A stretch of 64,000 nucleotides of DNA from Labilithrix sp. Lineage in GTDB: Bacteria; Myxococcota_A; Polyangia; Polyangiales; Polyangiaceae. This document shows positions 1 to 9,058 of the stretch, piece after piece (within the stretch, counting starts at the first letter, position 1; every line of letters begins with the position of its first letter). Location: NCBI GenBank assembly GCA_026128965.1, contig JAHCIY010000002.1:1872468-1936467 (forward strand), read 5' to 3'. The notes beneath the pieces are model-generated. The model had not been told where the DNA came from. It was given only the letters and a program-made list of their open reading frames with translations, and did not search any database. A program made the position numbers and the translations under genes.

Positions 1-251
1 CGTTCTCGACGACGAACCCGATCGAGAACATGAACGGTCGCATTCGTACGACCGCTCGACGCGTGAAGCGCTGGGACGGCGGCACGATGATCCTCCGCTG
101 GGTCCTCGTCGGCGTCCTCGAAGCCGCGCGCGGCTTCCGTCGCCTCAAGGGCCACAAGGACATGAAGCTCCTCGTCGCCCGCCTCAAGCAGCTCGGCGAG
201 CCCGCTGTCGTTCAGACAGCGGCCGTTGACGCGAAGCGCGTGGCCGCGTAG
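1..251 (+). mobile_element. IS256-family (mutator-type) transposase, C-terminal fragment truncated by window start
   Basis: Frame 3 from nt 3 reads ...TTNPIENMNGRIRTTARRVKRWDGG...KLLVARLKQ. This matches the conserved C-terminal tail of IS256-family transposases (established knowledge). The ORF is open to the window edge. Confidence 0.6.
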
Positions 252-332
252 CCATCAACTCGCCGCCGCTCTCGAATTCCAGCAAGAAGCGGGACGACGC
301 CCGGTTACCTCCTCGACATACAGAACGACACC

Positions 333-1073
333 ATGACGATGTGCCGGTGTGAAGTGCGCCGCGTCGTCACGGCGGCCATGCACGAGGACGTCCACACCGC
401 CCGGCCGAACATGGAGCACGCCGCATGGGTGATGGCGAACGCGAAGGACCTGGAGCGTGCCGTGCTCACGGGCGCCAGGGCCGACGTGCTGGCCGTCGCG
501 AGGTGCATCCACGTCGGGATGGCCGTCGACCAACCGGGAAGGCTTGTATTCCTCACGGACCGCGAGCTCGTGAAGATGGTCACGGCGGGCTGGCGCGAGA
601 AGGATGCCGAGGCTGAGGCCGACGAGAAGATCGTCAGGCCGGACGTCCTCATTCTTTGGCTTGGCTCATTGAAGGACGGACCGAAGGCGAGCCCCGAGAT
701 CCTCCTCGACGCCATCAAGGTCCGTCGCGAGAAGAGGCACGCGACGTGGCTCGCCCATGACCCCGGACGGCGCTGCTGGATCCGGGAGCAGGAAGCGTGG
801 ACCGATGTCGAGGAGCACCTCGACGTCCACTACGTCCAGCTCGAAGTACCTCGCATCCTCGGTAAGGCCATGGCGACGGCAAACATCGCGACGTGCACGG
901 CGTTGTCGAAGACGCCGCTCTCGTCCACGACCACACCGAAGTCGAGGGCGCTTGTCGCGAAAGTCCGAGGCACGTGCGTCGTCTGTGGCGAGCCCATCGA
1001 GAAGGGCGCCGAGTTCCGGTGGGCAGACGGTGACCGAAACCGAGCCCACCTGACGTGCGTGCCGTCGCCCTGA
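333..1073 (+). CDS. hypothetical protein with a C-terminal CxxC...HxxC zinc-finger-like domain
   Basis: 246-aa ORF. Its C-terminus TCVVCGEPIEKGAEFRWADGDRNRAHLTC is repeated in the next ORF. No family recognised. Confidence 0.3.
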   Translation: MTMCRCEVRRVVTAAMHEDVHTARPNMEHAAWVMANAKDLERAVLTGARADVLAVARCIHVGMAVDQPGRLVFLTDRELVKMVTAGWREKDAEAEADEKIVRPDVLILWLGSLKDGPKASPEILLDAIKVRREKRHATWLAHDPGRRCWIREQEAWTDVEEHLDVHYVQLEVPRILGKAMATANIATCTALSKTPLSSTTTPKSRALVAKVRGTCVVCGEPIEKGAEFRWADGDRNRAHLTCVPSP

Positions 1074-1086
1074 GGGACGCCGGCCG

Positions 1087-1284
1087 GTGCACTTCCCGCC
1101 CACGCCGAACGTCGTGCCCGTGACGCCGGCCGCGTCGTCGAGCTCGCCCGCGCCGACGGCGAGGACGCTCACCACGAGGGTGGCGGGCGTACGCGTGACC
1201 TGTGGCGAGAGCATCGAGAAGGGCGGCTCGTTCGGGTGGGCGGACGGTCTGAAGAACCGGGCACACCCACCGTGCATGACGTAG
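1087..1284 (+). CDS. small hypothetical protein, paralog of the C-terminal domain of the upstream ORF
   Basis: VTCGESIEKGGSFGWADGLKNRAHPPC is about 60% identical to the C-terminus of the 333..1073 product. The coding status is uncertain. Confidence 0.2.
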   Translation: MHFPPTPNVVPVTPAASSSSPAPTARTLTTRVAGVRVTCGESIEKGGSFGWADGLKNRAHPPCMT

Positions 1285-1398
1285 TACGTATGAAGTGACC
1301 GGCTCCGATCGCGAGGTCGTGAGCTGCCCGTTAGGCGCCACGCAGGTGCGGACGCTATGCGTCCTAATCGCGGGTTAGCGCTTTCGCGCCAGAGCCGC

Positions 1399-2676
1399 AT
1401 GCGAAGGGAGCCGGTCGTGGAAGGATCTATCACCTGGGTGGGCATCGACGCGCATAAGAAGACGCTCGCCGTCGCGGTGCTCGCGGCAGGCGCCGTGAAG
1501 CCGGAGGAGTTCACGGTCGACAACGACGAGCGATCGATCCGGAAGCTCGTTCGACGCCTCGACCGCGACGCACGCGGTCGCGAAGTTCGTATCTGCTACG
1601 AGGCGGGGACATGCGGATACACCTTGCAGCGCCGGCTCGAGGCGAGCGGCAAGGTCGTGTGCGAGGTCATCGCGCCGTCGCTGATTCCGGTGAAACCCGG
1701 CGAGCGCATCAAGACCGACAAGCGCGATGCACGAAAGCTCGCCGAGCTCTATCGGGCGGGGGTGCTCACGACCGTGTCACCGCCGAGCCCCGAGCAGGAG
1801 GCGATTCGCGATCTCTGCCGATGTCGCGAAGATGTACGCGCCGACCTCGGACGCTGCCGTCATCGCCTCGTGAAGATGCTGGTTCGACGCGGGTTCGTCT
1901 TCAATTCAACGAGCAGACTCTGGAGCGAAGCGCATCGTCGTTGGCTGAAGGCGGTGGTCTTCGACAACGAGATCGACCGAACGGTCATGGCGGAATACAT
2001 GCTCGCGATCGACCAAACCGAGCGTCGGCTCCGCGCGATGGATGACGAGATTGCGAAGGCAGCCCAGCTTCCGATCTATCGCGAGCACGTCGCGTGGCTG
2101 CGTTGCTTTCGCGGAATCGACACCACGATCGCCATGATCTTCGTCGCCGAGATGCACGGCCTCGAGCGCTTCGAGTCGCCGCGCGCGCTGGCGGCCTACT
2201 TGGGGCTCGTTCCCAGCTTGTACTCCAGCGGAGAGTCCGCAACGCGCGGTGGCATCACCAAGACGGGCAACGGCCACATTCGTCGAGCGCTCATCCAAGC
2301 GGCCTGGCAGTACCGTCATCGCGCGGCCATCGGACCCAAGCTGCGTGCGCGCCAACAGGGCCAGCCGGCACGCGTCGTGACGATCGCCGATCAAGCACAG
2401 CGCCGGCTCACCGGTCGCTATCAGCGCCTCACCGCGCGCGGCAAGATGCCGACCAAGGTCGTTGTCGCGATCGCGCGCGAGCTCGTCGGCTTCCTCTGGG
2501 CAGCGCTACGCGATGACCGCGAAGCCGCGCGTCACGGCGCTCGCAGCTCGGCACAAGTTGAAGGTGCCAAGGCGAGCGCCGCGCCGCGCTCATCGACATG
2601 CGCCAAGATCAAACCACCGTCGAAGACCGAAGTAGGCCAGCGCCGCGAGGCACGGAAGGAGAAACGCGCGGTCTGA
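1399..2676 (+). mobile_element. IS110-family transposase (DEDD type)
   Basis: WVGIDAHKKTLAVAVL N-terminus, ICYEAGTCGYTLQRRLEASG, and C-terminal LGLVPSLYSSGESATRGGITKTGNGHIRRALIQAAWQ are hallmark IS110/IS1111 transposase segments. Start is ATG 1399 or GTG 1417. Confidence 0.85.
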
Positions 2677-3260
2677 TCATGCGACAGGGCCCACGCCCCA
2701 ACTCGCGAAAGTAATAGGCGCTCTCTCCCGACGAAGAACGATCATGCGGCTCTGCGGCTCCGCCGTAACCCGCGAATAGCGGTGTGACTCGTCGTCGAAG
2801 CGCCCTCCGTCGCTGGTCTACTTCGGTCCTCGACAATTCTCTGCTTCAGGAGCTCGAACACGAAGACGTAACCAGAAAACTCGTGGCGCCGCTTGACAGG
2901 GTCACTTCATAGCGATCAGAGATCAGAGAAAGAAAGAGATAGGGCGGGGGCGCCGAATCGATCCACGCGGCACTGCACAAGCCGGGTGTGGAAAATAATC
3001 GGCAGCTCATCCGTGAAATAGTGGTTGCGGCGTCGGCGGCCGTAAGCACAATGCTCCCCTGCACGTCGCCGGGCCAGCCGCCACAAGCGGGGGTAGTTTC
3101 TGCCGGGCGACGCGGCGGCCAACGTTCTTCGCCCCACGTAGTCGGGCGTCCCTGGCGTCAGAAGTCCACCGATTCGAACCGTCAACACGGCTCGTCGGGG
3201 ATCGTCTGGTGCCCGCGGCCGGTGGTCCCGGACGAGCCCTTCTGAAAGGAAGGCTCGCCA

Positions 3261-3902
3261 ATGGCAGCCCAAACCGAAAACGGGACGCCCTCGTCGCCCC
3301 ATATCTCGTCCACGTCGGCCGCCGCCCACCCCTTCACGCCGCCCATCAAGACCGGCGATCCGAAGGGCGACTGCGCCGGCTTCGAGAAGTACCGCAAGAA
3401 GCCGCAGGTCAAGCAGGCCGGCGTGCGCATCCTCACGGCCGTACCGATCCGCAACCCGGTGAAGTACGAGTGGGTCACCGTCCACCCCGAATGGGTCTAT
3501 GAGCCCGTCGACATCCTCACTCTCGAGGACAAGACGTCGTTCATCATGAACCCGGGCCTCGAGCTGGAGCTCGAGGGCCTCGGCGTGCGCACGGTGGCGC
3601 TCTACCCGGCGGTCTCGAAGGGAGGTGCCGTCTTCCTGTGGCCGAACCGACTTACCGACCGAATCGACTCCTGGAAGGAGACGTCGGACCGCGCGATTGA
3701 GATCGCGAAGGGAACCTGGGTCCGCATGTCTTCGGACATGTCCGCCAAGGAGTACGTCACGACCGTCGCCGTGAACGATCTCGGCAAGCCGCCGTGGCCG
3801 GGCGACATGACCTACGACAGCCTCTGGGACCTCGCCGCGAAGCACCGCACGATCGACAGCGTCGACCACGTCGTCCTTCGCCGCCTCGCTGGCGACTTCT
3901 AA
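3261..3902 (+). CDS. hypothetical protein of the integrative-element replication module
   Basis: 213-aa ORF immediately upstream of the polymerase gene with a 14-nt gap. The GC-poorer region at 2680..3260 upstream looks promoter-like. No recognisable domain. Confidence 0.4.
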   Translation: MAAQTENGTPSSPHISSTSAAAHPFTPPIKTGDPKGDCAGFEKYRKKPQVKQAGVRILTAVPIRNPVKYEWVTVHPEWVYEPVDILTLEDKTSFIMNPGLELELEGLGVRTVALYPAVSKGGAVFLWPNRLTDRIDSWKETSDRAIEIAKGTWVRMSSDMSAKEYVTTVAVNDLGKPPWPGDMTYDSLWDLAAKHRTIDSVDHVVLRRLAGDF

Positions 3903-3916
3903 CGAGGAGTCGCGTC

Positions 3917-5683
3917 ATGGCCGACGGGCGGGTTACCTCCATCCAGCTCTGGGACTTCGAGTTTCGGGATCTGGAGGGCGGTAACCCGCCCGTCCTCATT
4001 TGCGGCTGCGTGGAGGACTTCTTCACCGGCCGACGAGAAGAGCTTTGGCTTTACGACGGCGCGCACCCGAAGGAGCCGCCGTTCCCGATCGACGAGGGGA
4101 CCCTGCTCGTCGCCTACGGCGTCCGCGCCGAGCTTCAGTGTTTTCGGGTGCTCAACTGGCGGCTGCCGAGCGCGGCGCTCGACCTGAGCAGCGAGTTCCG
4201 GCTCCGCGTCAACGGCACGCGCGAGGACGGCTTCAGCATCCTCGACGCGCTCGAGTTCCACGGCAAGCCGCACGTCACGCGCGAGCACAAGGACAACATG
4301 CGGAACCTCGCGCGCCGGGCGGATCCGCCGACGTACACGCCTGGCGAGAGGCGGTGGTTGACCGCCTACTGCTGGACCGACGTCGACGGCGCGCGCGACC
4401 TGCTCCTCGAGACGTGGCACGAGATCGACTGGGAGCGGGCCGTCAACGTCCGCGGCCGATACCAGCTCGCGCTCTCGGAGGTCGAGGCACGCGGCGTCAG
4501 CATCGACGTCGATACGCTCGAGAAGATCAAGGACGGGCAGGAGTTCGTCCGCTGGAGCTTCGCCCACCTGGCCGAGGCTCGGTATCCGGGCGTGTTCAAG
4601 AAGGGCCGCTTCATCCGCCGCGGCTTCGCCGACATGCTCAATCGTGAGGGCAAGGCGTGGCCGACGACGCCGACGGGCCAGTTGAAGCTCGACAAGAAGA
4701 CCTGGCAGACGATGGTCCGGATCCATCCGGCCCTTAGCCGGCTGAACGAGGCGCGCGGCATCCTCGAACAGTTCCACACGCCGAAGCTCGCCGTCGGAAG
4801 CGGCGGCCAGAACGTCTCGCCGCTCTGGTCCTATGCGAGCAAGACGGGGCGCACGCAGTTCTCGGGATCCCGCTACATCTTCGGTCTTCCGTCGTGGAAC
4901 CGCGGGCTCATCCTGCCGAACCCCGGAAAGGTCTACCTTTACGCCGACTATCGGCGTCAGGAGCCGGCGGTGCAGGCCGCGCTGTCCGACGACGACGTCA
5001 TGAAGGCCGCCTATCGGGCGCCGGGCTGCTTCTATCTGAACTTCGCCATCGCGGCGAAGCAGGTTCCGGCGGACGCGACCGACGAGGAGCTCCGCGAGCT
5101 GCGCGAACGATTCAAGACGATCACGATCGCAACGTCCTATGGGCAGAGCGCGTGGTCCCTCGCGGCGCAGCTCGGCATCGCCGACGTCGACGCCGCCGAG
5201 ATGCTAGGCACCTTCAGGAAGACGTTCCGGACGTACGTCGGATGGAGCGACAACGTAGCCGACGTCGCCAAGCTCGAAGGCAGGCTCTCGACCCTATTCG
5301 GGTGGGAGCTTCAGGTCGGCCGCAAGACGAACGAGGCGTGGAAGATCGCCGCCGAGGACCGCACGGCGAGGAACTTCTTGGGTCAGGCCACCGCCGCCGA
5401 GATGACCAGGATCGCGCTCGTCCTCGCCGTCGAGCGCGGGCTGCGTGTCGCAAGCGTCGTCCATGACGCTCTGTTGGTTGAGGCCGACGAGTCCGAGTTC
5501 AAGGAAGTCCGCCACGAGCTCGTGCGGGCGATGCACGAGGCGAGCGAGCTGGTGCTGTTCGGCTTCCGCGTCGAGGTCGACGTGAAGGAGATCCGCCCGG
5601 TGTCCGTGCTTCACCCGGACCGCTGCCTCGGCAAGGGCGCGGCGACGTGGCTCGAGGTCATGAAGATCCTGGGGTTGAAGTGA
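3917..5683 (+). CDS. family A DNA polymerase (PolA/T7-like polymerase domain) with an N-terminal 3'-5' exonuclease-like region
   Basis: AGGAG RBS lies 8 nt upstream of ATG 3917. Motif A-like LYADYRRQEPAVQAALSDDDVMKAAY resembles DYSQIELR...AF. Motif B-like IATSYGQSAWSLAAQLGI resembles the K..NFGxxYG family. Motif C VHDALLVEADESE resembles VHDELVFE. The N-terminus has LWDFEF, a possible ExoI DxE. Confidence 0.75.
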   Translation: MADGRVTSIQLWDFEFRDLEGGNPPVLICGCVEDFFTGRREELWLYDGAHPKEPPFPIDEGTLLVAYGVRAELQCFRVLNWRLPSAALDLSSEFRLRVNGTREDGFSILDALEFHGKPHVTREHKDNMRNLARRADPPTYTPGERRWLTAYCWTDVDGARDLLLETWHEIDWERAVNVRGRYQLALSEVEARGVSIDVDTLEKIKDGQEFVRWSFAHLAEARYPGVFKKGRFIRRGFADMLNREGKAWPTTPTGQLKLDKKTWQTMVRIHPALSRLNEARGILEQFHTPKLAVGSGGQNVSPLWSYASKTGRTQFSGSRYIFGLPSWNRGLILPNPGKVYLYADYRRQEPAVQAALSDDDVMKAAYRAPGCFYLNFAIAAKQVPADATDEELRELRERFKTITIATSYGQSAWSLAAQLGIADVDAAEMLGTFRKTFRTYVGWSDNVADVAKLEGRLSTLFGWELQVGRKTNEAWKIAAEDRTARNFLGQATAAEMTRIALVLAVERGLRVASVVHDALLVEADESEFKEVRHELVRAMHEASELVLFGFRVEVDVKEIRPVSVLHPDRCLGKGAATWLEVMKILGLK

Positions 5684-5961
5684 GCGTCCCGGCCTTCATC
5701 AAGGGCCCGATCCCCTGGGCCGGCTGGATGCACGTCGCGTGCAGCGTCCGCGGCTCCGCCGCAATCGTCGCCCTGCACGTGTGGCTCTGGGCCGGCATCA
5801 AGAGAAGGCGCACCGTCGCCATCAACCTCGCGCGACTTCCCATCGGCCGCGCGTCCGCCCGCAGGGGCTTGAAGACCCTCGAGGAGCTTGGCTTGGTCAC
5901 CGTTCAACGACGTCCCGGGCGACGGGCCGTCATCACCATCGTCATGAGGAGAGAACCATGA
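5680..5961 (+). CDS. small winged-helix DNA-binding protein (replication/regulatory)
   Basis: The GTG start overlaps the polymerase stop (GTGA). ...LARLPIGRASARRGLKTLEELGLVTVQRR is a typical wHTH recognition segment. Confidence 0.45.
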   Translation: MSVPAFIKGPIPWAGWMHVACSVRGSAAIVALHVWLWAGIKRRRTVAINLARLPIGRASARRGLKTLEELGLVTVQRRPGRRAVITIVMRREP

Positions 5962-6179
5962 GTAGACGTCAGATTCAGCTTGTCATGATCGGCGGGACTC
6001 CGTTGGAGCGGGGGTTGCTCGCCTCCGAGATCTCGTCGTCGATGGGATGCGGAGTCGTGAGCATCGCCGACGGCGAGACTTTCGAGTTCAGCGACGCGTC
6101 GCAAGCGGACTTCGACCAGAAATACACCGACGTTTTCAAGAGCGGCGAGCACGGTGTTGGCATCGTGCTCCGCGTCTGA
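5958..6179 (+). CDS. small hypothetical protein (73 aa) of the element
   Basis: ATG overlaps the upstream stop (ATGA). A GAGGAGAG RBS precedes it. No recognised domain. Confidence 0.35.
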   Translation: MSRRQIQLVMIGGTPLERGLLASEISSSMGCGVVSIADGETFEFSDASQADFDQKYTDVFKSGEHGVGIVLRV

Positions 6180-6314
6180 GCTCGTCGCCGTGCAGTGTCG
6201 CCGCGGGCGTCGGCGCATCGTACCGATGCGCTGGGGCCGCTCCACACTGCCGGTTCGCGATGGAGGCGAGACCGCCAGAGATTTTACCGGCTTCAACGTA
6301 CCCGCAACCCATGA

Positions 6315-6959
6315 GTGCCACGCATGTCATCAAGAGACCCTTTGAGCGCGGAGGACCGCGCGTGCGTCCAGCGCATGGCGCAGGCGATCCGGGCCGCAGT
6401 CCTCTCGCAGGGGATCCGCGAGGCGATGGCGTCCGCCTCCCGCGAGGCTGTGGATCTCCTGCGGGCTGCCCCTCGCGTACCGGAGCGGCGACTCCTCAGC
6501 ACCGAGGAGTCCGCGGCGTACGCGGGCGTGACGCCGGCTGCGCTCCGCGTGGCCGCGAGCAGGGGCGTGGTCTCGCCCGCCGGCCGGCGCGGGCGGTCGC
6601 TCACGTGGTCCATCGACGCGCTCGACGCCTGGATGACGGGGGCCGCCGATGACGCTCGTGGGCGAGTACGTCAGCCGATGGGGCATGTGGGTCTCGCCCG
6701 AGCCGGTGCCCGGAGCTCCGGGAGTGTACCGTCGTCGGGACGGCGGGTTCGTGGTGCGCGCGCGGGTGGTGCACGTGCGGACGGGCCGGACAGTCACGAT
6801 CTGTCGGGCGCTCGGCGACGAGGTGAGCCCGCAGCGCGCCTACGTGGTGTTGCAGGATCTCAAGCGGGCGGCGCGCGTGGGCGTGCTGGACGCCGTGCAG
6901 ACGGAGATGCCTACCGCGAAGAGCTTCGCGCTCTCGTTGTTCAAAGCAAAGGTCGCTGA
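6315..6959 (+). CDS. AlpA/excisionase-like HTH ORF upstream of and overlapping the integrase
   Basis: LLSTEESAAYAGVTPAALRVAASRGVVSPAGRRGRSLTWSIDALDAWM resembles AlpA-type prophage regulators. The reading frame stays open into the integrase gene, so the true 3' end is unclear. Confidence 0.35.
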   Translation: MPRMSSRDPLSAEDRACVQRMAQAIRAAVLSQGIREAMASASREAVDLLRAAPRVPERRLLSTEESAAYAGVTPAALRVAASRGVVSPAGRRGRSLTWSIDALDAWMTGAADDARGRVRQPMGHVGLARAGARSSGSVPSSGRRVRGARAGGARADGPDSHDLSGARRRGEPAARLRGVAGSQAGGARGRAGRRADGDAYREELRALVVQSKGR

Positions 6960-7974
6960 CGGCAGCATCGCGAGCGCGAAGGGCCGCGAGAAGTGGGCAA
7001 CGATCCTCGGCCACCTGGCGCGCGCAAAGTGGGCCGACTACCTGCTCGACCGGATCGAGCCTCGCGACCTGCACGAGTGGCGCGACTCGCTCCCCTCGCT
7101 CACCTGGACGCGCACCCGCTTCGATTGGCAGACCGGCCAGCCAGTTGTGATCAAGACCGGCAAGTACGCGCCCACGACGCTCAACGACTGGCTCGCCGTC
7201 GCGCGCGTGGTCTTCGCCGCCGCGAAGAGGAAGTACGGGCTCCCGGCCGACCCCATGGCCGACGTCGAGGACTTCCCGCTGAAGGGCCACCGCACGTACA
7301 CGCGCGAGGAGCCGAACGCGCTCACGCCGGAGGAGACGGCGACGTGGCTGGCGAAGCTCCGGGAGCTCTACCCACGGCTGTTCGCGATGGTGCTGCTCGG
7401 GTTCGTCCTCGGTCAGCGCCCGAGCACGCTCCGTCCGCTCCGGCGGAAGGGCAGGCAGGCGGACCTCGACCTCGCCCGCGGCGTGATCCAGATCCGCCGG
7501 TCGCACACCCTTGGCGACGAGGTGATGGAGGCGACGAAGACGTTCGCCGACCAGGAGGTCGCGCTCCCGAAGAGCGTGCTCGACGTCCTGCGCGAGCACG
7601 TCGCGTGGCTCGACGCCGGCTACCCGGAAGGAGGGACCTGGCAGCAGCGCAAGTCGGAGCTCCTGTTCCCGTCCGCCGAGGGCAAGCTGCTCTGCCGGTC
7701 GGCGCTGCAGAAGCCGTTCGCGAAGGTCACGGAGGCGTGCGGGCTCGGCAAGAGCATCACGCCGCGCGCGATGCGCCGGACGTTCCAGGACCTTACGCGG
7801 AAGGCCGGCGTCGACGGCGTCGTGGCGATGGCGATCTCGGGCCACGCGACCGACGCCATGCGCGTCCGGTACTCGACTGCGGGCGGACCCGAAATCGCCG
7901 CGGCGATCGGGAAGGTCGTGAGCATCGCGACGGCGAAGCCGCGGGCGGGAAGGGCGAAGAAGAAGGCGGGGTAG
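6649..7974 (+). CDS. int: tyrosine recombinase / phage-type integrase
   Basis: The C-terminal catalytic region has R...(K)...HxxR...Y: LLFPSAEGKL...ITPRAMRRTFQDL...AISGHATDAMRVRYS. The N-terminal SAM-like region is typical of integrases. Confidence 0.85.
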   Translation: MTLVGEYVSRWGMWVSPEPVPGAPGVYRRRDGGFVVRARVVHVRTGRTVTICRALGDEVSPQRAYVVLQDLKRAARVGVLDAVQTEMPTAKSFALSLFKAKVADGSIASAKGREKWATILGHLARAKWADYLLDRIEPRDLHEWRDSLPSLTWTRTRFDWQTGQPVVIKTGKYAPTTLNDWLAVARVVFAAAKRKYGLPADPMADVEDFPLKGHRTYTREEPNALTPEETATWLAKLRELYPRLFAMVLLGFVLGQRPSTLRPLRRKGRQADLDLARGVIQIRRSHTLGDEVMEATKTFADQEVALPKSVLDVLREHVAWLDAGYPEGGTWQQRKSELLFPSAEGKLLCRSALQKPFAKVTEACGLGKSITPRAMRRTFQDLTRKAGVDGVVAMAISGHATDAMRVRYSTAGGPEIAAAIGKVVSIATAKPRAGRAKKKAG

Positions 7975-7978
7975 ATCG

Positions 7979-9007
7979 TCAGCGATGTGGAAAGCGCGCG
8001 CGCAGCTCCGCGCGACCATGGACTCCGAGCTGCCGGTAGACGTCCCGAAGATGGTACCGCGCGGTCTCGTAGCTCATCCCGAGCTCGCGAGCGACGCGCG
8101 GGAGCGACAGCCCCTCGGCCACGCGCGTCGCGACCTCACGCTGCGTCGGCGTGAGAGAGAAGAGCGCGTCCTCGTCGACCGTGTTCGCTGGACGCTCACA
8201 GAGCGCGAAGAGGAGGCGGCGATCGGCGGCGCGTCGCGGCCGCGGCCCCGAGCGCGTAGGATCGACGAAGCTCGCCTCGATCTGGTGGCGCGCCGAGACG
8301 ACGAGCGGCGGCGGCGCGGATTTTGCGACCCGGGAGGCGCGCGCGACGAGCGTCGTGAAGAGCCGTCCTTGCGCTAGCTTGGTGCTGATGTCCAGGTGGA
8401 GGACGAGTGCCTCATTTACGCTCGGACTCTTGTAGAGGACCAGGCTCGGAAGGTCGACCCACGCCAACGGGATCACCCGCGCGAGGTCGCCGGAGATGGC
8501 GAGCTTCGCGATGCCGCTCCCGAGCGCGTTGGTGATCCATGGCGCCAGCAACCTGATGACGAGCGCGTCGCCGTCCTCGAATGGTCGACCGCCCTCGCCG
8601 CGATAGAGTGCCGCGGAGTAGCTCCCTCCGAGTGTATCGTAGCGCGACACGGCGCCGTCCGCGTAGCCGAAGCGCGCGAGCCCCCGGACGAGAGGGCCCG
8701 CGCGCTCGCGCGCGGTGCTGTGGGTCATCACCCGGTACGGCTCTCCGCCGGAGTGATCGAGGAAGGCTGGCGACGGATCCCACGAGAGGTGACGCATGTG
8801 GAGCTCGCGCCAGCCGTCTTCGATGCCGTGGACGTGCGCGAGGGGCGAGAAGCCGAAGCCTGGCCCGATGCTCACCGCCTGGACGTCCAGCGCACGCTGG
8901 AGCAGGTGCGACGCTTCCGCGACGTCTTCGGTGCTGCCGAACCCCCTCTGCAACAGTGCGAGCAAGCTCCGAAGCGCCGCTGAGTCCACGATCGTAGGAG
9001 GATACAC
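7979..9007 (-). CDS. LuxR-family transcriptional regulator (C-terminal HTH)
   Basis: C-terminal LTPTQREVATRVAEGLSLPRVARELGMSYETARYHLRDVYRQLGV is a LuxR/GerE HTH. It is convergent with int, with a 2-nt gap. Confidence 0.7.
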   Translation of the reverse strand: MYPPTIVDSAALRSLLALLQRGFGSTEDVAEASHLLQRALDVQAVSIGPGFGFSPLAHVHGIEDGWRELHMRHLSWDPSPAFLDHSGGEPYRVMTHSTARERAGPLVRGLARFGYADGAVSRYDTLGGSYSAALYRGEGGRPFEDGDALVIRLLAPWITNALGSGIAKLAISGDLARVIPLAWVDLPSLVLYKSPSVNEALVLHLDISTKLAQGRLFTTLVARASRVAKSAPPPLVVSARHQIEASFVDPTRSGPRPRRAADRRLLFALCERPANTVDEDALFSLTPTQREVATRVAEGLSLPRVARELGMSYETARYHLRDVYRQLGVHGRAELRARFPHR

Positions 9008-9058
9008 GGCGCGACCGCGCCGCGGGAGGGTGGCTTGGCGTTCGTGGCCAGCTCCACG

